A stretch of DNA of 64,000 bases, from positions 25,793 to 89,792 of IMG/VR virus record IMGVR_UViG_3300032093_000060; one strand, 5' to 3'. The first letter of the stretch is position 1. Every line of letters starts with the position of its first letter. The position numbers and the translations under genes were made by a program. This DNA comes from a virus. Below, one piece after another: positions 39,719-50,611 of the stretch. The notes beneath the pieces were generated by a model. It made no database searches and was not told the origin of the DNA. It saw only the letters and a program-made list of their open reading frames with translations.

Positions 39719-41335
39719 TTAGAATGATCCACCAGTAACTGGGTTTCTCATAACAATCTTAAGGACCTTAGTAGGGTCTTTTACCCAAATAGCTGGGAAT
39801 GTTTGGGTCATCATTACACGGTATCCGTTGAATTGTCCAGAAGACTGGAATCCTTGGGTACGTCCCATGTAATCCATAGTACCATTTTGATACCACCACT
39901 TCAATTGATTATCCCAAGACAACTTCAATAAGTAGATGTTATCATTAGTGTTATCAGTGATATCAAAGATGATAAAGCTATAAGAAGATAATGGGAAACC
40001 ATCAATGATTGGGTTCTCAATATCATTTGTATGAACATTGTCAAATGCTGGATTCAATACAAACTTAACGTTAGCCAAGAATGGAATAACATAAGAAGTA
40101 TAAGCAAATCCAAAGTTCAAGTCCATACCTTTACCAGTGATTGCACCGATATCAGCAGCCTGGATAGTAAGACCAGAAGCAATTGCTTCTCTTTTAATAG
40201 CCTCATTTACCATTCTCATTCCACCCATACCAGTTTGAACTACTAGAGATCTTTTTGGATCTGGACCTTGGAACTCAACTTTACCATTGAAGAAGTTGTA
40301 GATTTCTCCACGGAACAAATCAAGTGTAAAGTTATTTTTGTTGTATACTCTTTTGAATGAGTTATCCAACTGTCTCCAAAGACCTACAGAAAGTCTCATG
40401 TCATCAGCACCATCTTGACGAAGTCTACCTCCATGTCCCCACATTAAGTAAGTCTCAATGTCAGTTGCAATTTTAGAAAGGTGAGCTGCTTCCATTTGAG
40501 TTAAGAAAGTTCTAGAAAGATCACCATTATCAAATGCTCTTTTAACTTTATCTTTACCCATAACTTTGATCATGTCCTCTAATGATGTAATAGATGGATC
40601 ATTAGTAGCACCAAAGTTTCTCCAGATTTCTGTTACTGGAATAGTACCATCTGCATTCATACCACCTTTAAGCATCAAGTCAGCACGAGAAGATACTGAA
40701 TAATGAACGTGAGCTTCAGCACCTCCTACAAAGTTGTAGAATTCACGGAAACCAGTTCTTGTAGTGATGTCAGAGAATCTTTCACCGTACTCACCTCTTG
40801 CAGAACCTTTTCTGAAAAGTTTGGTTCCGTTAGTAAGGTACTTGTGATCTAAAAATTTATAGTTGTCATTGTTAACCAATTGTACAGTATAAACAAATCC
40901 ATCTCCAATAGGTAGAATGTCTTCATCTGTAATGTACATCTCAACCCCGTTATATTTGTCATAAGTGATGATATCACCATGTCCAAACTCACGTCTGTTA
41001 ACTTTGATTTTGAAAGTTGAACCATCAGTACCAAGAATTCTTGATGGGCTTTCAATGTCCTCAACAATATAAGGAAGGTCAACAGATACAGGAGTCTGCC
41101 ATCTATACTCTCCTCTGTGGTTATCCACATTGATTACATTTTTGCCACCAAAGCTAGACATTTGGTAAAGGGGCATTTCAACTTTCTGAGCCATAGCCCA
41201 TAAGTCAACTGGACCTAAATCCATAGGTTCAGCATCTTTCAGCATGTTAACCAAGTGGTATGAATCCACATGGGAACTTGCATTGTAAGCGGTATCTCTG
41301 AGGAATATACCATTGTTTAAAACTGGAGTTGCCAT
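39719..41335 (-). CDS. Major capsid protein (crAss-like)
   Basis: 538 aa; position portal-scaffold-MCP; TYLMWG, GLWRQL, VVQTGMGGM motifs; highly expressed codon bias; strong terminator. Confidence 0.85.
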   Translation of the reverse strand: MATPVLNNGIFLRDTAYNASSHVDSYHLVNMLKDAEPMDLGPVDLWAMAQKVEMPLYQMSSFGGKNVINVDNHRGEYRWQTPVSVDLPYIVEDIESPSRILGTDGSTFKIKVNRREFGHGDIITYDKYNGVEMYITDEDILPIGDGFVYTVQLVNNDNYKFLDHKYLTNGTKLFRKGSARGEYGERFSDITTRTGFREFYNFVGGAEAHVHYSVSSRADLMLKGGMNADGTIPVTEIWRNFGATNDPSITSLEDMIKVMGKDKVKRAFDNGDLSRTFLTQMEAAHLSKIATDIETYLMWGHGGRLRQDGADDMRLSVGLWRQLDNSFKRVYNKNNFTLDLFRGEIYNFFNGKVEFQGPDPKRSLVVQTGMGGMRMVNEAIKREAIASGLTIQAADIGAITGKGMDLNFGFAYTSYVIPFLANVKFVLNPAFDNVHTNDIENPIIDGFPLSSYSFIIFDITDNTNDNIYLLKLSWDNQLKWWYQNGTMDYMGRTQGFQSSGQFNGYRVMMTQTFPAIWVKDPTKVLKIVMRNPVTGGSF

Positions 41336-41363
41336 TTTTTATTTGTTTTTAAATTGTTACTAA

Positions 41364-42629
41364 TTAAAACCGTTTAAACATATTATTATTTGAACGGGAT
41401 ATTGTTCTTGTTGGTTTAGAAGAACTTCTCGGTTCTGGTCTGTCTTCTACACCATTTGAAGAAGTATTTTTTCTACCTTCTTCTGTTTTAAGTTGTCTTA
41501 CTGTTTTTTCTACAGCTTGTTTACTTCCTTGATCTCTTACTTTATTTCTATAACCATCCGGATCAGAAAGTAACCATAATGCTTCTGCAATCAGGTCATG
41601 TCTTGGTTCTACAAACTGATACTTTTCCAAAAGGTGGCCTAGTAAGTTTGTAGGTCTACCAGAAATTGAAGGATAGTTTGGTTGAACTAATCCAGAATAT
41701 AAATTACTTTGAACTTTTCTATCAAGTTTGATTCCACTAAGTTCACCAACTGATAGTGTGTTATATACATTATCTTGATAAGCTTTAGCTTGTTCAGCTT
41801 GTTGTTGTTTTTTATACTCTTGTTCTGCAAGTTTTCTATTTACAATATCCTCTTGCATTTTATCCAACTTCGGTTTAAATTGTTTAGCTTTTTGTTCAAG
41901 CCTATTTAATTCTGACCAATCTTGAATTTCCTGTTCAATTTCTTCTGGAGTACCAAATTGTGTAGCATGTAAATATTGTCTTGCAATTTCTGCTTGATCA
42001 TATTCATCTAATGGATCTAATTGTCTCATCTCTTCCACATGGGCAAGAGTTCTAAATAAACCTTTAAGATCTGTACCACCATCTGCTACATATTTAGCTG
42101 CATACTGAAGTTCTTCTGGAAGTGCATTAAAAAACTCTTTTGGAGTATTTTCTCTAATTTGATTTTCTCTTTCTTGGAAGTTAGCTTCAAATAGCTCACG
42201 GAAATCTTTTGTAGTGTAATCTTCTAATGGTTTGTCATCATCAAAAGGTACTAAAGATCCTTCCTCAATCATTTTAGTTGCTAAATCATATAAGCCAGAT
42301 TTATCTACTTTAGGTCTGCCTTTGTTACCAGCATCTTCTTCTTGTATAATTAAATCATTTAGCTCGTTGATAGTTTCTTCAACTTCTGCTTGTTTTTCAG
42401 CAGCACTTGATTTATCATCATTAGTTTGTGCTCCTGGGTTGTCAAAGAACGTCATATCTGTCTTCTCTGCTTTGAAGACAGATTTTTTTTCTGGCTCCTT
42501 CTCATCATCTGGTAGCATTATGCTATCTGCACCAGGTGCTCCGAAAAGAGAATCAATATCTACATCTACCTGACCTACCGTTGTAGAGTCTTGTACCTGT
42601 TCATCAGGGTTTAAGTTTTGATCACTCAT
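41364..42629 (-). CDS. Acidic scaffold-like protein (crAss gene 77-like)
   Basis: Very acidic N-terminus and coiled coil; between portal and MCP. Confidence 0.65.
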   Translation of the reverse strand: MSDQNLNPDEQVQDSTTVGQVDVDIDSLFGAPGADSIMLPDDEKEPEKKSVFKAEKTDMTFFDNPGAQTNDDKSSAAEKQAEVEETINELNDLIIQEEDAGNKGRPKVDKSGLYDLATKMIEEGSLVPFDDDKPLEDYTTKDFRELFEANFQERENQIRENTPKEFFNALPEELQYAAKYVADGGTDLKGLFRTLAHVEEMRQLDPLDEYDQAEIARQYLHATQFGTPEEIEQEIQDWSELNRLEQKAKQFKPKLDKMQEDIVNRKLAEQEYKKQQQAEQAKAYQDNVYNTLSVGELSGIKLDRKVQSNLYSGLVQPNYPSISGRPTNLLGHLLEKYQFVEPRHDLIAEALWLLSDPDGYRNKVRDQGSKQAVEKTVRQLKTEEGRKNTSSNGVEDRPEPRSSSKPTRTISRSNNNMFKRF

Positions 42630-42723
42630 TTGTTGTTGGTTTTTTATGTTATACTTTAATATACTAAATAAACTTGGAAAATTTAAAACTTAAAAATTAA
42701 TTTTTTGCACTATATAGCTAAGT

Positions 42724-45474
42724 CTATTTTTTCTTCTTATCAGAAGATTTAGCATCATATTTATTTTTATTTACTCTAGCTATTTCCAACTGTTTATTTG
42801 CTATATCTTGTTGCACTTGAAGTTTCTCTTGTTCAATGTTCATCTTCTGTGAATGCTTTACCATATCATCACTTTGCTTCTGTCTCTGAAGATCTGTTTG
42901 ACTTTGATATTGTTCAGTCTCCCGGATTTCTTTCATAGCATCTCTAAAGTCAGATTGTTGGTTTTGATTAATGTCAGCCATAGAACCATATCCTGCAGCT
43001 CTAATTTCTGCAACAGTAATATCCTTCTGAATCATCTTGTCATCTCTTTGAGCAGCAGCATCAATTTCCATTTGTTTTTGTTTCTCTTGAGAAGCAAGTT
43101 GCTCTTGTTGCATTTGCTGTTGCTGTTGCATTTCTTGTTGTTTCTGCTCTTGTGATCTCTTCTCAGACATTTTCATTACTGTGTTTATCTCAGAGATTGA
43201 GTCAGATTGAATAAGTTTACCTAGGTCATAAATAGAAGCTCCGGTAGTATTATTCTGTAATGCCATTTGTTTCAATTGTTCTAGAATAGCTCTATGATTT
43301 GCATTTGTACTACAGAAGATATTTAAATCTCTCATTAAAAGATCTGTACCATCTACTTGAAAAGTTACTTTCTCATCTAACTCAGTAACATATGTAAGCC
43401 TTGTAGATGGTTTAGTAGAATGATAGAACTGTGCTAAGTCAGTTCTCATCTGATGTACTCTTGGCATTAAGTAATCACAATGCTGAATAAAATACATTTC
43501 CGTTTGAGCATATGATGATGCAGCAGCTTGCTCTACACCTGTAGCTGTCATTTTAGATAACTCTTGACCCATTCTTTGTGGGTTAACTCCAATTACTTCA
43601 TAAGCCTGAGACTTAAAGTGTGTGGCAAGTTGTACCCTAGACATTAATCTTTCTGTCTGAGATAAGTCAAGTTTTTGAAAATGCTGAAAGTTTAATGCAT
43701 TCTCTGTATTTGTGATAGATGTATCTAACGGTAGCATCTGGAAGTTCTTCATTGCTACATATGCTTTAGCCAAGTTTCCTTTACCCCAATCTTCTCCTAA
43801 TGAATGTCTTGGTAAAGTATTTTGATCTAGCATAATAATAGTACCAAGCTCATCTACTAAGATATCTGCAATCTGATTATTTACAATGTTATATCCAATC
43901 TGATATGGCTTCATTAAGTCAATAAGTGCAGTAGATCTTGTATTTCTATCAGAGAATACTGCTCCTTCTACTGGTAATTTACATCCATATAATGAGCTAT
44001 CACCTTTAAACTGAAACTTTAATGGCCCAATCTTAGGTCTATTAACTCCTATATAAATAGGTGTAAACCCTCCAGGATTATTCATACCCCAGTAAGAAGG
44101 AATATTTGGTCCAATCTTAATACCTCCCCAAACCTCATTGATCCAGATCCAATCTATGTGTTCTCCAAATATTAGATTATCTTTTGTTTTATTCTTAAAT
44201 AATCTAGTATCATAAAGTGGCTTATCTGTTATACTATAATCTTCACTAATTATTTCTGTTGTTACTTCACCAAGATCATTTACTTTAGTTAAGTGTCCAA
44301 CTTTCTTCTGAGACTTCCAGTATCCTGTTGTTATTCTCAATAGATAAGCAGTACCTTGATCAACATAATCTTCTCCTTCAGCAAGTATCTGTGTAATAAT
44401 ATCAGAACCATCTAATACATTTCCTGACATAAATGAAGTATATTGTCTGTATGCTAATGATGGCATATTTGTATTCCAGTCATGTGACTTTGTTCCATCA
44501 TAGAAAGACCCATCATTTTGTAAACCTCCAATATTATAGGCAGCAGATCTAATTGGATAAATTGCTTCTAAAGCAGCCAGTTGATCTTCATCCATTAAAT
44601 ATCCATACTTATCAATTACATCTGATGGTGTATACATATCTGTTTTACCTACCCAGTTAGCTTGTGAGATATATCTGTTATCTGGAGACTTATGATAGAA
44701 TGTAATAACAGGATTCCAAAGCTCTACTTCATAATCATCTTCCATCATTCTAAAGTGCCAGAACTCTCGATCTGTAATTAACATGTCTCTAAAACCTCTT
44801 TCTTCAAGCTCATCCATTCTAAATCTTTCCACATCTACTTTGTGCTGATGAGATGCCCATTGTTCTATTAATGATCTATAATCCTTTTGAAAAAACTTTT
44901 CAATTTCTGGTAAAGATTTGATATTCTCTGGAGCTAATTGTTGTTGTGCTTCTTCAGAATTTGGGTCTAGTCCTTGCTCTAGTAAAGCAGAAATAATTTT
45001 TGTTTGAGCATCTGCCATAAGTGTTTCTTCAATCATGGCTCTTTTTTGTTCTAACATTTCATTATATGAAATATCATCAACAGCTCTGTAATTTAATTTA
45101 GTAGATCTTTTAGCAAATTCAGCTACAAGAACATTAATAACATTTGGAATAATAGGATAGAACTTTAATTCTAGTGCTGAAGAATCTTCTTTTGTAAGTG
45201 ATTCAATAATATCTCTATATTCATTATCCTCTTCAACAATATAATCTGTTCTATCTATAACCCCTTTTGCCAACTTATAATTTTTCATTAATCTTCTGGC
45301 ATTTCTACGGATTTGTTTTAATCCTTGCCATTCTAACCAATCTAAATTCCAAGCAGCCCATTCTTCATCCTTTTCTTTTTTAGGAAGAAACTGTAAAGGT
45401 TGAGTTACACTACCCAATCGGTTGTGTTCAACTTTTGCTCCTTTCTTTAATTGCATTGCATTATATACCTGCAT
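42724..45474 (-). CDS. Portal protein
   Basis: QFLPKKEKDEEW, FYPIIPNVINVL..E..KR, DLMKPYQI.YNI, GVNPQRMGQ and Q-rich C-terminal coil; follows TerL. Confidence 0.9.
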   Translation of the reverse strand: MQVYNAMQLKKGAKVEHNRLGSVTQPLQFLPKKEKDEEWAAWNLDWLEWQGLKQIRRNARRLMKNYKLAKGVIDRTDYIVEEDNEYRDIIESLTKEDSSALELKFYPIIPNVINVLVAEFAKRSTKLNYRAVDDISYNEMLEQKRAMIEETLMADAQTKIISALLEQGLDPNSEEAQQQLAPENIKSLPEIEKFFQKDYRSLIEQWASHQHKVDVERFRMDELEERGFRDMLITDREFWHFRMMEDDYEVELWNPVITFYHKSPDNRYISQANWVGKTDMYTPSDVIDKYGYLMDEDQLAALEAIYPIRSAAYNIGGLQNDGSFYDGTKSHDWNTNMPSLAYRQYTSFMSGNVLDGSDIITQILAEGEDYVDQGTAYLLRITTGYWKSQKKVGHLTKVNDLGEVTTEIISEDYSITDKPLYDTRLFKNKTKDNLIFGEHIDWIWINEVWGGIKIGPNIPSYWGMNNPGGFTPIYIGVNRPKIGPLKFQFKGDSSLYGCKLPVEGAVFSDRNTRSTALIDLMKPYQIGYNIVNNQIADILVDELGTIIMLDQNTLPRHSLGEDWGKGNLAKAYVAMKNFQMLPLDTSITNTENALNFQHFQKLDLSQTERLMSRVQLATHFKSQAYEVIGVNPQRMGQELSKMTATGVEQAAASSYAQTEMYFIQHCDYLMPRVHQMRTDLAQFYHSTKPSTRLTYVTELDEKVTFQVDGTDLLMRDLNIFCSTNANHRAILEQLKQMALQNNTTGASIYDLGKLIQSDSISEINTVMKMSEKRSQEQKQQEMQQQQQMQQEQLASQEKQKQMEIDAAAQRDDKMIQKDITVAEIRAAGYGSMADINQNQQSDFRDAMKEIRETEQYQSQTDLQRQKQSDDMVKHSQKMNIEQEKLQVQQDIANKQLEIARVNKNKYDAKSSDKKKK

Positions 45475-45479
45475 AACTC

Positions 45480-47687
45480 TTATTTAAAGTTTTTGAATGG
45501 TGATCTTTTAATACTATTTGGATTAAAAGAAGAGTTGGTTCCAATATTACGGAACGGACTCTTATTTAATTTAAACAAATTTTCTGACTTTTGCAAGTTT
45601 TTAGAAGCATCATCACTAATATGTCTTTTTAAATATCCTCTGTTAGAATCTTGTATTTTCATAAAAGAAACTAATGCTGCAAATGATACTAGTCTATCCA
45701 CGTTGAGACCATCTCTATATTCTTGCATTTCTCTTATTAGCATAGGATCTGGAATTCTTTCTATGCCATATTTTGTTTTTACTATTGTACCATCTGGTTT
45801 TGTTTCTACATCTAATTCTTCTTTAGTAAACTCAATAGCATAACTAAGTAAGTGAGCTTTAAATAATGTACCCGTGTTTTTCCATCCATACTCCTGATAC
45901 ACATTTGCATTTGCTCCCAAATCTTTTAGGAAAAGAATTTGACTTTTAGGTACAAGATATCTTTGCTTTCTTCTTGATATTATATACTGTATAAATAATG
46001 AAATGTTATTCTCTACAACTGTCCATGCATTATACCACTCCATAATTAACTCAAGCATTTGGTGAGTTTTATTAATATCATCATATCTACCACACCAAGA
46101 TGCTACTATTTTGCTTTGTTCTATATATGTTTCTACTTCTCCAGCTACTTCTTTATTTACTTCTATAGAAGATTTCATAACATATATAGAGCACAGGGAT
46201 TCTGAAGTTGTTGTCTTACCTTCACCAACAGGGTCAATAGATGCATAATACATTCCAAATGTAGGATTGTCTACTGGTCTTTCCCATACAGCAAGACAAC
46301 TAGTTTTATCTTCTGTCTTTTTATTTATTGGAAACTCTGATATAGGTCTTTTATTACTTGTCTTTACAGCAGGTTTACCATGCTCATCTGTAAAAATATC
46401 TAGATACTCAACACCATATTCTTTTTCTTCTATTCTTCTTTGTTGTGCAGCTAACAAGTGAGTTGGAAAAACTGATACAGTTCTATTTGCAAAAGCTTCA
46501 TGTATATTTCTTGGGTGCTGAGAGATTCTTAATTGATATTCTTCTGGTGCAAGTTCATCTTTCCAAATTTTAAACTGGTCATTAAGTGCATTTAATGCAT
46601 CTTCCACAAGTGAATTACCATGCTCATCAATATGTGGTGGCATAGACCATTGCTCTGGAATAAATAAACCTGAGAGACCTGTTGTACCTTTATCATCTAT
46701 TAAGTCTGTTTCCACAGCATAAATATCTTTAGCTGTTGGATTTAGAATCATATCTTTTAATGGAAGACATTGAGCTAAATCACCTACAGATCCTGCGGCT
46801 ATAAACATACCAGTAGTAATCAAACCAGATCTCATTGCAGGTCTCATGTACTCATATGTTTGATCCATCTTTGGTGCAATACCAGCCTCCTCATGAAAGA
46901 AGTACTTTACTGGACCCCCTACACCATTTGTTGGATCTTTCTCAAATGACATACCTTGTATAGTACCTTTTAAACCAACTTCATTCTTTCTATCTCCTTT
47001 TCTTACTTCAATCTTCTGCTGCCACATCATGACTTTATCCGGAGACATTGGTCTATACCATGCAGTATGTTCATTTAAGAATGCAGCATATTCTTGTAAG
47101 AACTTCCAAGAACCTTTCTCATTTATATAATCTTTAAGACTTGCTCCTATCTTTAAAGTAACCCCGGCTTCAAACCATTGTTGATTTATAAGTTTACCCA
47201 TATGATAATAAGAAGAAGCAATCTGTCTTTTTTTAAGAATAGCAACATGTTTATATGCTAACTCAGCTAATAATTCATACAAAGCCATATGATACTGAGC
47301 ATCTCTAATTTTGGCAAAATCAAACTTCTGTTGTTCTTTATCAAAGATTGGTAAAAAGTTTAACCACATGTAGTATTCTCTGCAGACATACCATGTAAGA
47401 TTTCCTTCTTTTACTAGTATACCTTTTCTACATCTATTTTTTTGTTCATCCCAATATGTTATATAGTCTTTAGACTTAAAGGGAGATGTACAATATACTC
47501 CGTCTCTTCTAAACTTTGTAGACTCTGAAGTAAATAGTTCACTTGTTGTTTTATTAAATTTATATTTTCCAGGTTCACTAAATACTTCATTAAGTATAAA
47601 CTGTTTAAATTCATCTCTAGATTCGAAACTGGTTGTTATCCAATTTCCATTATCATAGGTTGGTATGTCTTGATAAATTTCACTCAT
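45480..47687 (-). CDS. terL: Terminase large subunit
   Basis: Walker A KKRQIASSY, Walker B FFHEEAG, nuclease YYASIDP and NVDRLVS. Confidence 0.92.
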   Translation of the reverse strand: MSEIYQDIPTYDNGNWITTSFESRDEFKQFILNEVFSEPGKYKFNKTTSELFTSESTKFRRDGVYCTSPFKSKDYITYWDEQKNRCRKGILVKEGNLTWYVCREYYMWLNFLPIFDKEQQKFDFAKIRDAQYHMALYELLAELAYKHVAILKKRQIASSYYHMGKLINQQWFEAGVTLKIGASLKDYINEKGSWKFLQEYAAFLNEHTAWYRPMSPDKVMMWQQKIEVRKGDRKNEVGLKGTIQGMSFEKDPTNGVGGPVKYFFHEEAGIAPKMDQTYEYMRPAMRSGLITTGMFIAAGSVGDLAQCLPLKDMILNPTAKDIYAVETDLIDDKGTTGLSGLFIPEQWSMPPHIDEHGNSLVEDALNALNDQFKIWKDELAPEEYQLRISQHPRNIHEAFANRTVSVFPTHLLAAQQRRIEEKEYGVEYLDIFTDEHGKPAVKTSNKRPISEFPINKKTEDKTSCLAVWERPVDNPTFGMYYASIDPVGEGKTTTSESLCSIYVMKSSIEVNKEVAGEVETYIEQSKIVASWCGRYDDINKTHQMLELIMEWYNAWTVVENNISLFIQYIISRRKQRYLVPKSQILFLKDLGANANVYQEYGWKNTGTLFKAHLLSYAIEFTKEELDVETKPDGTIVKTKYGIERIPDPMLIREMQEYRDGLNVDRLVSFAALVSFMKIQDSNRGYLKRHISDDASKNLQKSENLFKLNKSPFRNIGTNSSFNPNSIKRSPFKNFK

Positions 47688-48202
47688 TACATGTCATATG
47701 CTAGTCCTTGTCCACCTCTTACTTTGCTTGATTGTTCTTCTTGAAGATCTTTATATGCACCTTTAAATGATTGTCTTATTGCCTCATAGTTTTTTGCTGC
47801 AGCAATTATAGAATTAAAGTTACCATCTCTTCCATGTGTAATAGGAGTATTTTCCATATACCTACCTAATCTATCTAACATAGTTGCAATACCTCTATAT
47901 GCTCTAGATGTAGGTGTTTCATACATTCTTTCACAAAACTTTAATGCTGCAAAGATTGTTTCATCTTCAGTAGAGAACTCTGCCTCAATCTCTTTTAGAA
48001 TAATAAATTCTTTATCTTGTTCTGGAACAAAAAAGAAAGGATTCATATCCGGATTTGGGCAACACATGTAGAATAAATACAAGTATATTTTTAAGTGATC
48101 ATCTGGATATTCATCCATCACATCTTTAAGTGCCTTTAATGTGTAGCAATGTTCTGTTGGAACAACTACACCATTTTGAATATCAAACAATTTTGCAAAC
48201 AT
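47687..48202 (-). CDS. Conserved protein upstream of TerL (small terminase-like candidate)
   Basis: Coupled to terL; helical; ends VRGGQGLAYD. Confidence 0.5.
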   Translation of the reverse strand: MFAKLFDIQNGVVVPTEHCYTLKALKDVMDEYPDDHLKIYLYLFYMCCPNPDMNPFFFVPEQDKEFIILKEIEAEFSTEDETIFAALKFCERMYETPTSRAYRGIATMLDRLGRYMENTPITHGRDGNFNSIIAAAKNYEAIRQSFKGAYKDLQEEQSSKVRGGQGLAYDM

Positions 48203-48204
48203 GG

Positions 48205-49041
48205 TTATTTTCTTTTAATAAAGTTTGGACTATTTTTCATATGATTTATTACTGCAATTACTTCATCATATAAATATGGTACTGGTATTAAGTTAACATC
48301 TTTTACAATAGGTTCTCCATTTAGATCTAATTTTGCAATAGGATACCCCCATTTATCTTTACCCTCAGTTTCAAATACAATATGGTGAATGTATATTGTT
48401 CCTGGTAATAACTTAGGATTATGCTTCAATATCATATACATATAGATACTAAGTTGTAATGAGTAATGATTAAAATTACAATCATCCAAATTAGAAATAG
48501 GATGGAGCATCTTCTCTGAGATTCCCTCCCAGTCCTTGAATGACTCCATCTTAATTTCTTTATTTGTTTTGTAATCAATAATATTTACTCTACCATTAAC
48601 TACTTCTACGAGATCTGATTGTCCACAGATGCCTGCAGACTTAAGATAAACCATATGCTCTGGATAAACACCCGGTTCTAGTTTTTGTGATGGCGCATAT
48701 TTTATACCATCTTTTAAAGGTAAAGGTGCAAAAATTGGAACTACTGTACCTTCTCTTTCTATTGATGCCAAAGAACATAAGTCAGCTTCTCTTTGGTTAT
48801 GATACCAAGTACCTAAGTCTACAGCTCTCTTAGCTTCATTTGCCCAGATCTCTTCAATGATCTTAGGTTCTATTCCGTGCCATTTAGACTTAGTATTCTT
48901 ACTAACTTTTTGAGCAGTCTTTTTTGCATCAAATGGTTTCTTTAAAGATGATACTACAGTAGTTACACTATACCATGCTATTTCAGGTTCAGTAGTTAAA
49001 CTCTTATAACTATGATCTTTTGCATTAAAGAAAATACTCAT
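48205..49041 (-). CDS. PD-(D/E)XK nuclease
   Basis: SVTT, GTWYH, ICGQSDLV, IIDYKTNK, YSLQLSIY motifs. Confidence 0.85.
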   Translation of the reverse strand: MSIFFNAKDHSYKSLTTEPEIAWYSVTTVVSSLKKPFDAKKTAQKVSKNTKSKWHGIEPKIIEEIWANEAKRAVDLGTWYHNQREADLCSLASIEREGTVVPIFAPLPLKDGIKYAPSQKLEPGVYPEHMVYLKSAGICGQSDLVEVVNGRVNIIDYKTNKEIKMESFKDWEGISEKMLHPISNLDDCNFNHYSLQLSIYMYMILKHNPKLLPGTIYIHHIVFETEGKDKWGYPIAKLDLNGEPIVKDVNLIPVPYLYDEVIAVINHMKNSPNFIKRK

Positions 49042-49331
49042 AACTGTTCAAGTTTAGTTTCTTCTTCTTCTGTAGCAATAGCACCCCATTTTCCAAGTGG
49101 ACATTCAGAAGATAATGATCTAGTTTTAAATGTAAGTGAACATCCACATTCATTACAACAAGGTGCCGTTCCTTTTACTGCACATTTTCTACCTTTACTT
49201 GAACAACTATCACAGATGTCATATCTAAGTCTAGATATTTCTTCTACTGTTTCATCTCTTACAACACTATTAGTAATTCCTTCTATAATTTGTTTTCTGT
49301 TGTCCCAAATTAGTTTAAGCGTGTTTTTCAT
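49038..49331 (-). CDS. Zn-ribbon protein
   Basis: RYDICDSC...C...CNECGC...K...CPLGKW. Confidence 0.75.
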   Translation of the reverse strand: MKNTLKLIWDNRKQIIEGITNSVVRDETVEEISRLRYDICDSCSSKGRKCAVKGTAPCCNECGCSLTFKTRSLSSECPLGKWGAIATEEEETKLEQL

Positions 49332-49686
49332 TTTTTATTTTTTTAAATTGTTCTTTTTTCAATTCTGTTTCATCTAATTTTTTATCTATCTTCTCAAGAC
49401 TCTCAACTTTTTCTTCAAGCATTTTTTTATTATAATATGCTTTAAAGGTTGATGTATCATGATCAGATAATGCTTTTTTATATCTCTGAATTGATTTTTT
49501 AATTAAGCCTGGCCTTGCAACAAATTGACCTAATCCTTCAACATTTATTCTAGGATGACTAAGACTTGTTAAATTACTTCTTACATTCTTATAATACTCC
49601 TCTATTAAATCTTGTATAAGTTCTAAAGGAACGTTTTGTTCTTCTGCTAACTCTTTGAATAACTGTGTAGATTTTTTAGGAATCAT
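49315..49686 (-). CDS. HU/IHF-like DNA-binding protein
   Basis: LFKELAEEQNVPLELIQDLI...INVEGLGQF HU-like pattern. Confidence 0.6.
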   Translation of the reverse strand: MIPKKSTQLFKELAEEQNVPLELIQDLIEEYYKNVRSNLTSLSHPRINVEGLGQFVARPGLIKKSIQRYKKALSDHDTSTFKAYYNKKMLEEKVESLEKIDKKLDETELKKEQFKKIKNEKHA

Positions 49687-50042
49687 CTTCCAAGAAATTT
49701 ATAATCTAAAAAAATGTTTCCCTCAGTTTGTATTTGTAAATTAGGATTAAGACTAACTACCTTTTTATTTTTCGGATCCTTTACAACTAATGCATTCTTT
49801 TCACATTTATTTATACAGTTCCTAACGGTTTGTTCTGACTTAAAAATTAAATGTTCATCTGATGCCTCAAAACAAAAACTTGATAATTCAATCGGTCCTA
49901 TAGTACTAAGCAAAGTCAAGCACTCCAAATCAGAATCACTCAATGATATTTTATTAATATAACAATGAGTAAGTATCTGATATTTAATAACGTCTTTTTT
50001 AGACATTACTACTTTCTTCTGTACTTGATTTACTAAAGCCAT
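49683..50042 (-). CDS. Winged-HTH-like DNA-binding protein
   Basis: LSDSDLECL...SEQTVRNCINKCEKNALV.K...LNP pattern. Confidence 0.6.
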   Translation of the reverse strand: MALVNQVQKKVVMSKKDVIKYQILTHCYINKISLSDSDLECLTLLSTIGPIELSSFCFEASDEHLIFKSEQTVRNCINKCEKNALVVKDPKNKKVVSLNPNLQIQTEGNIFLDYKFLGR

Positions 50043-50044
50043 TT

Positions 50045-50332
50045 CTATTGTTTTTTAAGCTTTCTTGGAGAAGGCATTTCCTCTGGATTTGGAAAGTCAG
50101 AATCATCATCTTCTGATTGATCTGGGTTTTCCATTTGATTCATTAACATAGCATATTGCATTTGAACAGTTGTTCTTTTAAATCTTACTTCATCAATTTG
50201 AAAGAGTAGTTGCTCGTGCTCTAATTGTGCAGTTAAATACGGCTTAGATTCATTATAGAAATTAAGCATTTCTTTTCTTTTCATTTCTAGTTCTTCAGGT
50301 GTAAATACCTTTTCTTGAGATTGATTTTCCAT
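50045..50332 (-). CDS. Hypothetical helical protein
   Basis: ORF with its own TATATTTG promoter element. Confidence 0.7.
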   Translation of the reverse strand: MENQSQEKVFTPEELEMKRKEMLNFYNESKPYLTAQLEHEQLLFQIDEVRFKRTTVQMQYAMLMNQMENPDQSEDDDSDFPNPEEMPSPRKLKKQ

Positions 50333-50393
50333 TTTTATATATTTTTAGTTTACACAAATATACAAGAAAAGTTTAAACAAGATATATTTAAAC

Positions 50394-50425
50394 AAAAAAA
50401 TCCAGGTACTGTATATACCTGGATT
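50394..50425 (-). terminator. Rho-independent terminator
   Basis: AATCCAGGTA...TACCTGGATT hairpin plus U tract on the minus strand. Confidence 0.8.
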
Positions 50426-50452
50426 ATCTTACTTAGAGAAGATTAAGTAATA

Positions 50453-50611
50453 TTATCTATTTTTAAATGTAAAATTTAAAACAGTAAGTGCATAAAAATT
50501 TCTTGCAGGATCAATCTCTAAAGAAAAGATATCTACTAGAGATACTCTACATCTTATTGTAATTGTTCTCCAACTAGGTTTATGACTTTTCCAACCGTTT
50601 CTAAATTTCAT
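50453..50611 (-). CDS. Small hypothetical protein (52 aa, not in the ORF track)
   Basis: MKFRNGWKSHKPSWRTITIRCRVSLVDIFSLEIDPARNFYALTVLNFTFKNR; ATGA overlap with the amidase stop; ends before the terminator. Confidence 0.7.
   Translation of the reverse strand: MKFRNGWKSHKPSWRTITIRCRVSLVDIFSLEIDPARNFYALTVLNFTFKNR

Noticed and set aside
45480-47687. Intein or intron in TerL, portal or MCP
   Set aside because: Lengths are ordinary and no intein splice motifs or homing endonuclease ORFs were seen
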